From: Alphaproteobacteria bacterium
GTDB lineage: Bacteria; Pseudomonadota; Alphaproteobacteria; DATDPM01
NCBI GenBank assembly: GCA_036475545.1
Contig: JAZGAE010000036.1
Span: 1 to 60,513, forward strand
Reading direction: 5' to 3'
DNA: 60,513 nucleotides
The notes beneath the pieces were generated by a model. The model had not been told where the DNA came from. It worked only from the letters and a program-made list of their open reading frames with translations, and searched no databases. Within the stretch, counting starts at the first letter, position 1. Every line of letters starts with the position of its first letter. The position numbers were made by a program, and so were the translations under genes. Below, one piece after another: positions 26,182 through 34,750 of this stretch.

Positions 26182-28060
26182 AGCGAAAGCAGCGGTTCTG
26201 CCGTCCGCGCAGCGCAGACGCAAGGCCCCCTCGGGGCCGGTGGGCCAGGCCCGAGAGGGGGCCGGCAGGGGCCAGGCCAGGGCATCCGCGGCGCCGGCGA
26301 GCGCGAAGAGTCGCGACGAGCAGGTCTTCAAGGGCCTCGGCGTTTCGCACGGAATCGCCATCGGGCCCGCTTACGTGCGTGAGACCGGCGCCGTCGAGGT
26401 GCCCGAGTACCGCCTGGCGCCGTCCCATGTCAAAGCCGAGCGCGCCCGGTTCAAGGAGGCCGTGGCGCGCACCCGGCGGCAGCTCCGTTACCTCAAGGCC
26501 AAGGTGGGCGGCCTACCCGCGGCCACCGCCGAGGAAATTGGGTATCTTCTGGATGCCCATCTTCACATGCTTCTGGGCTCGCGGCTCGTGCACGGGGTCG
26601 AGCGCCGCATCGGCGAAGAGCTCGTGAACGCAGAGGCCGCGGTTCAGGCGGAAATCTCGGAGATCGCCAAGGGCTTCGCCGCCATGGACGACCCTTATCT
26701 CGCGGCGCGCATGGAGGACATTCGAGAGGTGGGCGCGCGGCTCGTGCGCAGCCTCACCAAGACCCAGTACCGGGCCTTCACGACCCTTCCCAAAGGCAGC
26801 GTCCTGATCGCGGAGGAACTGAGCCCGGCCGACACCGCCCTGCTGGATCCGCGCCGCATCGCCGGCTTCGCCACCGTGCTCGGCGGCGCCGAGGGGCACA
26901 CGGCCATCATGGCCCGCGCCCTGGAGCTCCCCGCCGTGCTGGGCGCCCCCGGAATCCTGGGCGGGGCTGCAACCGGCGACATGGTCGTCGTGGATGGCGG
27001 CACCGGCCGGGTCATCGTCAACCCGACGCCGGCGACCCTGGCCGAATACGCCCGCCGCCGCGAGATGTTGCGGCGCGAGCAGAGGCAGCTGGCGCGTCTC
27101 AGGAGGCTTCCCGCAATCACCCGCGACGGGGTCGAGATCAATCTCTTCGTCAACGTCGATCTGCCGCGGGAGATCGACATCGTGCGCCAGTCCGGGGCCG
27201 CCGGCATCGGGCTCCTGCGCAGCGAGTTCATGTACATGAACCGCAACGACCTGCCCAACGAGGAGGAACAGTACGCGGCGCTTCGCGACCTCGTCATGGC
27301 CATGGACGGGCGCCCCACGGTGGTACGCACCCTCGACGTGGGGGGCGACAAGCTCGCCTTCTCGCTGGGCGGGTACCTGAGCGAGGCGGTCAACCCGGCG
27401 CTCGGCCTGCGCGCGATTCGGCTGTCGCTCAAAGTGCGAAAGTTGCTTGAGGTCCAGCTCGCGGCGATGCTCCGGGCCGGTGCCCACGGGCCGCTCAAGA
27501 TATTGCTGCCGATGATCTCCGGCCCGCCCGAGATCCGCCAGGTGCGCGAGGTTATGCGTGCCGTGGTGAGGCGGTTGAAAAGGCGTAAGGCCGCCATCGC
27601 CGATCCCTTGCCGCCGCTTGGCGCGATGATCGAGACTCCCGGCGCCGCGCTCGCCGCGGACGCGCTGGCCGAGGTCTGCGACTTCTTCGCCATCGGCACC
27701 AACGACCTCACCATGTACACGCTGGCCATCGACCGCAGCGACGACCAGGTCGCCTACCTCTACAATCCGCTGCATCCCGCGGTGCTCAGGCTCATCCAAT
27801 TTGCGGTGGAAGCGGCCCACCGGGCCGGGATCCCGGTCAGCGTCTGCGGCGAGGTGGCGGGCGACCCCCGTTTCACCGCCCTGCTGCTCGGCCTTGGCGT
27901 GCGGGACCTGTCGATGGCGCCGGGGAACCTGCCGCGCGTCAAGCGGCGCATCCGCGGCCTCGACCTCGCCGAGGCGGTGCGGCGCGCGGGAGTCATCATG
28001 GAGCAGTCGGATTTGGGGCGCATCGCGACTCTCTTGGATGACTTCAACGCGCTGGCCTGA
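26171..28060 (+). CDS. ptsI: phosphoenolpyruvate-protein phosphotransferase (Enzyme I) without a GAF domain
   Basis: ORF 26156..28060. It has the EI N-terminus GLGVSHGIAIGPAYV, the phospho-His region GGAEGHTAIMARAL and the C-terminal PEP-utilising domain (FAIGTNDLTMYTLA). About 55 basic, low-complexity residues precede the EI core. The exact start is uncertain: TTG 26156, ATG 26171 or GTG 26240. Confidence 0.85.
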   Translation: MRNRAKAAVLPSAQRRRKAPSGPVGQAREGAGRGQARASAAPASAKSRDEQVFKGLGVSHGIAIGPAYVRETGAVEVPEYRLAPSHVKAERARFKEAVARTRRQLRYLKAKVGGLPAATAEEIGYLLDAHLHMLLGSRLVHGVERRIGEELVNAEAAVQAEISEIAKGFAAMDDPYLAARMEDIREVGARLVRSLTKTQYRAFTTLPKGSVLIAEELSPADTALLDPRRIAGFATVLGGAEGHTAIMARALELPAVLGAPGILGGAATGDMVVVDGGTGRVIVNPTPATLAEYARRREMLRREQRQLARLRRLPAITRDGVEINLFVNVDLPREIDIVRQSGAAGIGLLRSEFMYMNRNDLPNEEEQYAALRDLVMAMDGRPTVVRTLDVGGDKLAFSLGGYLSEAVNPALGLRAIRLSLKVRKLLEVQLAAMLRAGAHGPLKILLPMISGPPEIRQVREVMRAVVRRLKRRKAAIADPLPPLGAMIETPGAALAADALAEVCDFFAIGTNDLTMYTLAIDRSDDQVAYLYNPLHPAVLRLIQFAVEAAHRAGIPVSVCGEVAGDPRFTALLLGLGVRDLSMAPGNLPRVKRRIRGLDLAEAVRRAGVIMEQSDLGRIATLLDDFNALA

Positions 28061-28189
28061 GCGGGCAGCGCGGGTAGCGGCTGCGCCTGCGGCCGGGGGA
28101 TTGCCCTCACCGGTCCTCACCGCCCGATGGCTCCGTCTCCGGCCGGGGGTCTTCACATAGGGCGTGAGGCGAGGCGTTCAGAGGTTGCC

Positions 28190-28230
28190 CTGAAGGCGTT
28201 CTAATTGCTATACGGCGCCTTCCAGTTTTT
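28190..28230 (+). terminator. possible intrinsic terminator downstream of ptsI
   Basis: CTGAAGGCG ... CGCCTTCCAG forms a stem of about 9 bp with one bulge and a large loop. It is followed by TTTTT (28226-28230). Confidence 0.4.
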
Positions 28231-28291
28231 CTCGTGAATGCCCATTGCGCCCCCGCCGGGGAGGCCGGGACGGGATGGTCAGGAGAACATC

Positions 28292-29587
28292 ATGGGCCCA
28301 TTTTCCGACTACAAGGTCGCCGATATCTCGCTCGCCGAGTGGGGCCGCCGGGAGATCGCCATCGCCGAGACGGAGATGCCCGGCCTCACGGCGCTCAGGG
28401 CGGAGTACAAGGACAAGAAGCCGCTCGAAGGCGCCCGGATCGTCGGCTGCCTGCACATGACCGTCCAGACCGCCGTGCTGATCGAGACCCTGCTCGAGCT
28501 CGGGGCCGAGGTGCGCTGGAGTTCGTGCAACATCTTCTCGACCCAGGATCATGCGGCGGCCGCCATGGCCGCGCGCGCGGTTCCCGTGTTCGCCTGGAAG
28601 GGCGAGAGCGAGGAAGAATACTGGTGGTGTATCGACCAGACCGTCGAAGGGCCCGACGGGTGGCGGCCCAACATGTTGATCGACGACGGCGGCGACATGA
28701 CCCTGGTGATGCACGAGAAATATCCGGAGCTTCTGGCGGATGTCCGGGGGCTGTCCGAGGAAACGACCACGGGGGTCCACCGGCTTTATGAAATGGCCAA
28801 GGAGGGCACCCTCAGGGTCCCGGCGATCAACGTCAACGACTCGGTCACCAAATCCAAGTTCGACAACCTTTACGGCTGCCGCGAGAGCCTGATCGACGGC
28901 ATCAAACGCGCCACCAACGTCATGGTTGCGGGAAAAATCGTGGTGGTCTGCGGCTACGGCGACGTGGGCAAGGGCTGCGCCGCCAGCATGCGTGGCCAAG
29001 GCGCCCGCGTGTTGATCACCGAGATCGACCCGATCTGCGCCCTCCAGGCGGCGATGGAGGGCTACCAGGTGACCACCATGGAGGAAGCCGCGCCCCAGGG
29101 CGACATCTTCGTCACCGCCACCGGCAACACCAGCGTCATCACGCTCGACCACATGCGGCGGATGAAGGACCGCGCCATCGTCTGCAACATCGGCCACTTC
29201 GACGACGAGATCGCGATCTCCTCGCTGCAGAACTTGAAATGGCACGAGGTCAAGCCGCAGGTGGACGAGGTCGAGTTCCCCGACGGCAAGCGCCTGATCG
29301 TCCTCGCCAAGGGACGTCTGGTGAATCTCGGCTGCGCCACCGGGCATCCCAGCTTCGTCATGAGCGCCTCGTTCACCAACCAGGTGCTGGCCCAGATCGA
29401 GCTATGGAACAACCGCGCCGGCTACAACAACGAGGTCTACGTTCTTCCCAAGCACCTCGACGAAAAGGTGGCGGCGCTGCACCTGTCGAAGTTGGGAGCG
29501 CAGCTCACCCGCCTGACGCAAGAGCAGGCGAAGTACATCGGCGTCCCCATCGAAGGTCCGTTCAAGGCGGACTACTACCGCTATTGA
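28292..29587 (+). CDS. ahcY: adenosylhomocysteinase
   Basis: ATG 28292 is preceded by [28 protein letters not shown].. and the NAD-binding segment [13 protein letters not shown] are classical SahH. Confidence 0.95.
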   Translation: MGPFSDYKVADISLAEWGRREIAIAETEMPGLTALRAEYKDKKPLEGARIVGCLHMTVQTAVLIETLLELGAEVRWSSCNIFSTQDHAAAAMAARAVPVFAWKGESEEEYWWCIDQTVEGPDGWRPNMLIDDGGDMTLVMHEKYPELLADVRGLSEETTTGVHRLYEMAKEGTLRVPAINVNDSVTKSKFDNLYGCRESLIDGIKRATNVMVAGKIVVVCGYGDVGKGCAASMRGQGARVLITEIDPICALQAAMEGYQVTTMEEAAPQGDIFVTATGNTSVITLDHMRRMKDRAIVCNIGHFDDEIAISSLQNLKWHEVKPQVDEVEFPDGKRLIVLAKGRLVNLGCATGHPSFVMSASFTNQVLAQIELWNNRAGYNNEVYVLPKHLDEKVAALHLSKLGAQLTRLTQEQAKYIGVPIEGPFKADYYRY

Positions 29588-29761
29588 TCGCTGCGGCGGC
29601 CTCGCCGTTTCCGGTGGCCCCGCGGCGTTGCGCCTCCCGGGCCAGATCCCGCGCTCCCGCCAGGCCCTCTCCGGCCACCTTGTTCCGGGGCGCGTTGACG
29701 CATAAACTCACCGAGCGTTCTCGTTATCGTCGGTGCATGCGATGATCCGGCTTGGGGACCG

Positions 29762-32272
29762 ATGGCGGTGAGTTTCATGCCCTGGGCTCTGGCGGCGACG
29801 ATTCCTCTCGGCGAGGCGGCAACCGCGTCTCCCGGTGCCGAGAGCCTGATCGCTGCGGTTCCGCTCGTCCTCCTGTTCTTCGCCGCCGTCGTTGCCGCCG
29901 TCGGTCTTGGCGCGTTGCTGGTCAAGACCCGCCGCCGGCTTTCCGCGTCTGCGCGCGAGCGGGCGGGTTTCGCCACTCTTTCGGAGCAGTTGTGGGAGTT
30001 GCTGTCGGCATCGCCGGACGGCTATTTCTGCTGGGACTTGCTCGGCGGCGGAGACAGCTGTTCGCGGCGGCTGGCCCGTATGCTCGGGCTCGAGCCCGAT
30101 GGGCACCACAGCTTCGACGCGGTGCAGAGCCGGTTCAGCGAGGCCGACGCCCGCACGCTCGGTGAGGCCGTGTCGGCCCTCAGGGACCGGGGCGCCGAGT
30201 TCGACCTGTTGCTCACCCACGGCGGCGTCGAGGGCGGCATTGCCCGCACCGTAAGGGCCGTCGGGGTCCAGGCGAAGAACCGCGACGGTGAGCCGGTCGC
30301 CGCCATAGTCTGGTTCCGGAACCTGAGCGGCTTCGTCGCCGAAACGGCCCGGCTCCTGGGGGAGAAGGAATACCTCGCTGGGGAGCGCAACCAGTTGCGG
30401 GCCTTGCTCGATGCGCTTCCCATTCCGGCCTGGCTGCGCGACTCCGAGCTCACCCTCTCCTATTGCAACCGCGCTTACGCCCGCGCCGTCGAGACTGATC
30501 CCGCCACCGCGCTGCGGGAAAACCGGGAAATTGCCCGCAGCGTTATCGCCGACCATGGCCGGGAACTGGCCGAGCGGGCCCGGGTCACCGGCATGGGGCA
30601 AAGCGAAAGTCATCACGTCGTCGTCGCCGGCGAGCGGCGCGTGCTCGAGTTTACGGAAGAGCCGCTCGAGGGGGAGGGCGTCGAGAGCGGCGAGACGGTC
30701 GGCTACGCCATCGATTTCACCGACCTGGAGAAGGTCCAGATGGACCTCTCGCGCCAGATCGCCGCCCACGAGAACGTGCTGGAGCAGCTCACCACGGCGG
30801 TGGCGCTGTTCGGGGCGGACCAGACGCTCAGGTTCTTCAACACCGCTTACAAGAACCTCTGGCACCACGACGACAGCTGGCTCCGCGCCGGGCCGGACTA
30901 CGGTTCGATCCTGGAGGCCCAGCGCGAGAAGCGGCGCTTGCCGGAGCACGCCGATTTCAAGGCGTTCAAGGAGGCGCAACTCAGGCTCTTCAGCTCGCTC
31001 ATCGAACCGCACGAGGAACTCCTCCATCTCCCCGACGAAACGACGCTCAGGATGATCATCGTGCCGCACCCGTTCGGCGGTCTGCTCTTCACCTTCGACG
31101 ACGTGTCCGACCGGCTCGCCCTCGAGACGTCTTACAACACCCTCATCGCCGTGCAGCGCGAAACCCTGGACAACCTTTACGAAGGGGTCGCCGTGTTCGG
31201 TCGAGACGGCCGTCTCAAGCTCCACAACCCGGCCTACGCCCGGCTGTGGGGCATCTCCGCCGAGGGGCTCGAAAAGGGGCCGCACATCGCCGACATCGTG
31301 GAGGCTGCCCGCAGCTACTTCGGGGTCGACGACGACGACGAATGGGCCGAGATGAAAGAGCGCATGATCGCCGAGATCATCGAAACGACCTCGCGCAGCG
31401 GCCGGTTCGAACGCAGCGACGGCTCGGTCCTGGAGTACGCCACCATGCCGCTTCCCGACGGCAACGTGCTTCTGCGCTATGTGGACGCCACCGACCGGTT
31501 CCGCGTCGAACAGGCGCTCAGAGAGCGCAACCAGGCCCTGGAAACGGCCTCCCGGCTCAAGTCCGAGTTCATCGCCAACGTCTCTTACGAGCTGCGCACG
31601 CCCTTGAACACCATCATCGGCTTTTCCGAGATCCTCAAGAAGGAATACTTCGGCACCCTCAACGCCCGCCAGAAGGAATACAGCGAAGGGATCCTCGAAT
31701 CCTCACAGCGCTTGCTGGCCCTCATCAACAACATTCTCGACCTGGCGACGGTGGAGGCGGGATACATGGCGCTCGAGCTCGAGACGGTCGACGTCCACGA
31801 CATGCTGGTCGGCGTGCTGAGCCTCACCCGCGAGCGGGCGCGCGCCCGGAAGCTGAAGCTGGAGCTCGATTGCCCGCCCGACATCGGCTCGCTCCACGCC
31901 GATCCCCGGCGCCTCCAGCAGGCCGTGTTCAACCTGGTCAGCAACTCGATCAAGTACACTCCGCCGGGCGGCGCCATCACGGTTTCGGCCCGACAGGCGG
32001 ACGGCGAGATGCGGATCGCCGTGGCCGACACCGGCGTCGGCGTTCCCGAGGAGGATCGGGAGCGGGTCTTCGAGAAGTTCGTTCAGGGGCCGTCGGGCCG
32101 GGCGCGCCAGAGCGGGGCCGGGCTGGGCCTGTCGCTGGTCAAGAGCTTCATCGAGCTGCACGGCGGGCGCGTCGTGCTCGAGTCCGCCCCCGACGCCGGC
32201 ACCCTGGTGACCTGTTACCTTCCCATCCACGCCGCCGAAGCCGAGGCGGCGTCGGCCGCCGGCACCCGCTAG
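29762..32272 (+). CDS. PAS-domain sensor histidine kinase (membrane-anchored)
   Basis: 836-aa ORF with N-terminal hydrophobic segments, several PAS-like repeats, the H-box FIANVSYELRTPLN and an HATPase domain (GAGLGLSLVKSF). Confidence 0.85.
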   Translation: MAVSFMPWALAATIPLGEAATASPGAESLIAAVPLVLLFFAAVVAAVGLGALLVKTRRRLSASARERAGFATLSEQLWELLSASPDGYFCWDLLGGGDSCSRRLARMLGLEPDGHHSFDAVQSRFSEADARTLGEAVSALRDRGAEFDLLLTHGGVEGGIARTVRAVGVQAKNRDGEPVAAIVWFRNLSGFVAETARLLGEKEYLAGERNQLRALLDALPIPAWLRDSELTLSYCNRAYARAVETDPATALRENREIARSVIADHGRELAERARVTGMGQSESHHVVVAGERRVLEFTEEPLEGEGVESGETVGYAIDFTDLEKVQMDLSRQIAAHENVLEQLTTAVALFGADQTLRFFNTAYKNLWHHDDSWLRAGPDYGSILEAQREKRRLPEHADFKAFKEAQLRLFSSLIEPHEELLHLPDETTLRMIIVPHPFGGLLFTFDDVSDRLALETSYNTLIAVQRETLDNLYEGVAVFGRDGRLKLHNPAYARLWGISAEGLEKGPHIADIVEAARSYFGVDDDDEWAEMKERMIAEIIETTSRSGRFERSDGSVLEYATMPLPDGNVLLRYVDATDRFRVEQALRERNQALETASRLKSEFIANVSYELRTPLNTIIGFSEILKKEYFGTLNARQKEYSEGILESSQRLLALINNILDLATVEAGYMALELETVDVHDMLVGVLSLTRERARARKLKLELDCPPDIGSLHADPRRLQQAVFNLVSNSIKYTPPGGAITVSARQADGEMRIAVADTGVGVPEEDRERVFEKFVQGPSGRARQSGAGLGLSLVKSFIELHGGRVVLESAPDAGTLVTCYLPIHAAEAEAASAAGTR

Positions 32273-32509
32273 AGCATCCAGATCGCGCTTGATGGGCGCC
32301 ATTGCGCGCTCGAAAATCGCGAAGGCCACGAGGAGCCGGCGGCGATGACGACAACACCCCAAGTGCGTCTTGAATGCGTGGCGAAGGCGCGGGTGACCCC
32401 GCGCGGCGGCGGCGCCCCGGTAGCGGCCGCCGCCCGCGCCCCGATCGAACGCCCGCCGCCGCCTCGCGGCGGTTGCGGGTCCAGGCGGGCGGGGCTACAA
32501 CAGCCGGCA

Positions 32510-33013
32510 ATGGCCGTACCCTCGATGCGCCCGGCGGTCGTGGAGATCGACCTGCCCGACCTCGCCGCGACGGCGGCTTTGGCCCGCGCGCTGGCGGAGC
32601 GGGTGCGGCCCGGAGACGTCATCGGCCTCGCGGGCGAGCTGGGGACGGGCAAGACCACCTTCGCCCGTGCTTTCATCCACGCCATGGCGGAGCTCGAGGG
32701 GGCCGCCGCCGAGGAGGTTCCGAGCCCCACCTTCACCCTGGTGCAGGCGTATGACTTCGCGGGCGTCTCGGTCTGGCACTTCGACCTCTACCGCGTGGAG
32801 CGCCCGGAGGACGCCTACGAGCTCGGAATCGAGGAAGCCTTCGCCGCCGCCGTCTCGCTCGTCGAGTGGCCGGAGCGGCTGGGGCCCTTGTTACCGGCGG
32901 AGCGGCTGGAGCTGCACCTGGCCATGGGGGCGGGGCCCGAGACGCGCCGCGCGACGCTCACGGCCTATGGCGAGTGGGCCAAGCGGCTCCGGGGGCTGAA
33001 GCTCCGTGGCTGA
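32510..33013 (+). CDS. tsaE: tRNA t6A37 biosynthesis ATPase TsaE
   Basis: Internal ATG 32510 of ORF 32345..33013. It has the P-loop GELGTGKTTFAR and the ..WHFDLYR.. motif. Confidence 0.8.
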   Translation: MAVPSMRPAVVEIDLPDLAATAALARALAERVRPGDVIGLAGELGTGKTTFARAFIHAMAELEGAAAEEVPSPTFTLVQAYDFAGVSVWHFDLYRVERPEDAYELGIEEAFAAAVSLVEWPERLGPLLPAERLELHLAMGAGPETRRATLTAYGEWAKRLRGLKLRG

Positions 33014-34025
33014 GCGCGAGGCCCTTATCCGCGATTTCCTCGAGGCCCAGGAATGGGATCGGGCCGAGCGCGCGCCGTTGGCGGGCGACGCCTCCTTCCG
33101 GCGCTACCAGCGCGTCGCCCTCGCCGGCAAGCGTGCGGTGCTCATGGACGCGCCGCCGGACCACGAGGACATCCGCCCCTACATCGCCGTAGCCAAGATC
33201 CTGCGCCGGCTCGGCTACAGCGCTCCCGAGATCTACGCCGAGGATCCCGACAACGGCTTGTTGCTGCTTGAGGACCTGGGCGACGACACCTACACCCGGA
33301 TTCTCGACCAGGACGCGGACGGCGTGCGGGAGCGGGCGCTCTACGAGCTCGCCGTGGATCTCCTGATCGACCTCCACCGCCGCCGCGTCCAGGAGGTGAC
33401 GCCCGGCCTGCCCCCCTACGACGACACGAGGCTTCTGGACGAAGCCGCGCTCCTGGTCGACTGGTACCTGCCGGCGATGCGCGGGAAGTCGACGCCGGCG
33501 GAGGTGCGGGAGTCCTATCTCGAGACCTGGAGGGAGCTGTTGCCTGCGGCGCGGGGGGTCGCGGAGACGCTGGTCTTGCGCGATTATCACGTCGACAACC
33601 TGATGTGGCTGCCGGGGCGCGCCGGCGTCGCCGCTTGCGGTCTCCTCGACTTCCAGGACGCGGTGCGGGGGCCGCTGGCCTACGACCTGGTCTCGCTGTT
33701 GGAGGACGCCCGGCGCGACATCCCGGCCGCGCTGATCCAGGATTTGAAGGCCAGATACATGGAGGCCTCGCCCGGGCTCGATTCCGAGGCCTTCTGGACG
33801 TCCTACGCCATCCTCGGGGCCCAGAGGAACTGCAAGATCATCGGCATCTTCACGCGGCTCTGGCTGCGCGACGAAAAACCCGCCTATCTCGCCCACATCC
33901 CGCGGGTTTGGCGGCTGCTGGAGGGTGACCTCGCACATGGCGCGCTGAAGCCGGTCAAGGATTGGCTCGACCGGCACATCCCGCGACCCGGGCGCGGGGC
34001 GCCGCCGGCAGGCGGCGCCTCGTGA
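33006..34025 (+). CDS. amgK: aminoglycoside-phosphotransferase-fold kinase (AmgK-like anomeric MurNAc/GlcNAc kinase)
   Basis: FRRYQRV and LRDYHVDNLMWL kinase motifs. It occupies the conserved position between tsaE and a nucleotidyltransferase. Confidence 0.65.
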   Translation: MAEREALIRDFLEAQEWDRAERAPLAGDASFRRYQRVALAGKRAVLMDAPPDHEDIRPYIAVAKILRRLGYSAPEIYAEDPDNGLLLLEDLGDDTYTRILDQDADGVRERALYELAVDLLIDLHRRRVQEVTPGLPPYDDTRLLDEAALLVDWYLPAMRGKSTPAEVRESYLETWRELLPAARGVAETLVLRDYHVDNLMWLPGRAGVAACGLLDFQDAVRGPLAYDLVSLLEDARRDIPAALIQDLKARYMEASPGLDSEAFWTSYAILGAQRNCKIIGIFTRLWLRDEKPAYLAHIPRVWRLLEGDLAHGALKPVKDWLDRHIPRPGRGAPPAGGAS

Positions 34026-34750
34026 GGGCGCCGGACCAGGCCATCGTGCTGGCCGCGGGCCTGGGCACGCGGCTGCGCCCGGTCACCGAGGAATTGCCCA
34101 AGCCCCTGGTCGCGGTGGCCGGCGAGACCTTGATCGACCGCATCCTCGACCGTCTGGTCGCCGCCGGCATCACGAGGGCGGTGGTGAATACCCACCATAT
34201 GGCGGAACGGCTCGAGGCACATCTGGCCGCCCGGCCCGCGCCGCGCATCGAGATCAGCCGCGAGGACGAGTTGCTCGAGACCGGCGGTGGCGTCGCCAAG
34301 GCGATGGCGAAACTCAAGCCCGCGCCCTTCTACGCGATCAACGGCGACGTTCTGTGGCTGGACGGCACCCGCAGCGCGCTCAAGCGCCTGGCGGAGGCCT
34401 GGAGGGAGGGCGACATGGACGCTCTGCTCCTGGTCCATCCCGTCGCCCGCGCCGGCGACTATCGGGGAACGGGCGATTTCTTGCTCGACCAGCTCGGGCG
34501 CATGAGGCGTCGCAAGGAGAAGGAGATCGCGCCCTTCGTCTTCACCGGCATCCAGCTCCTTCACCCGCGCCTCTTCGAGGATGCCCCGCAGGGGCCATTT
34601 TCGCTCAACCGTCTTTACGACCGCGCGGAGGCCGCCGGCCGGCTCCATGGGATCGTCCACGGCGGCGAATGGTTCCACGTCGGAACGCCCGAGAACCTGG
34701 CGTGGGCCGAGGCGGAGCTCGCCGGCGGCAACGGCCCGGGGAAGCCATGA
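34022..34750 (+). CDS. murU: sugar-1-phosphate nucleotidyltransferase (MurU-like)
   Basis: GTG 34022 overlaps the preceding stop (GTGA). LAAGLGTRLRPVTEELPKPLV is the typical G-x-G-T-R-x motif. Confidence 0.65.
   Translation: MRAPDQAIVLAAGLGTRLRPVTEELPKPLVAVAGETLIDRILDRLVAAGITRAVVNTHHMAERLEAHLAARPAPRIEISREDELLETGGGVAKAMAKLKPAPFYAINGDVLWLDGTRSALKRLAEAWREGDMDALLLVHPVARAGDYRGTGDFLLDQLGRMRRRKEKEIAPFVFTGIQLLHPRLFEDAPQGPFSLNRLYDRAEAAGRLHGIVHGGEWFHVGTPENLAWAEAELAGGNGPGKP

Noticed and set aside
28061-28291. Possible SAH riboswitch upstream of ahcY.
   Set aside because: I could not find the conserved SAH-riboswitch core sequences. The only structure seen is a hairpin plus a T-run, better explained as the ptsI terminator.
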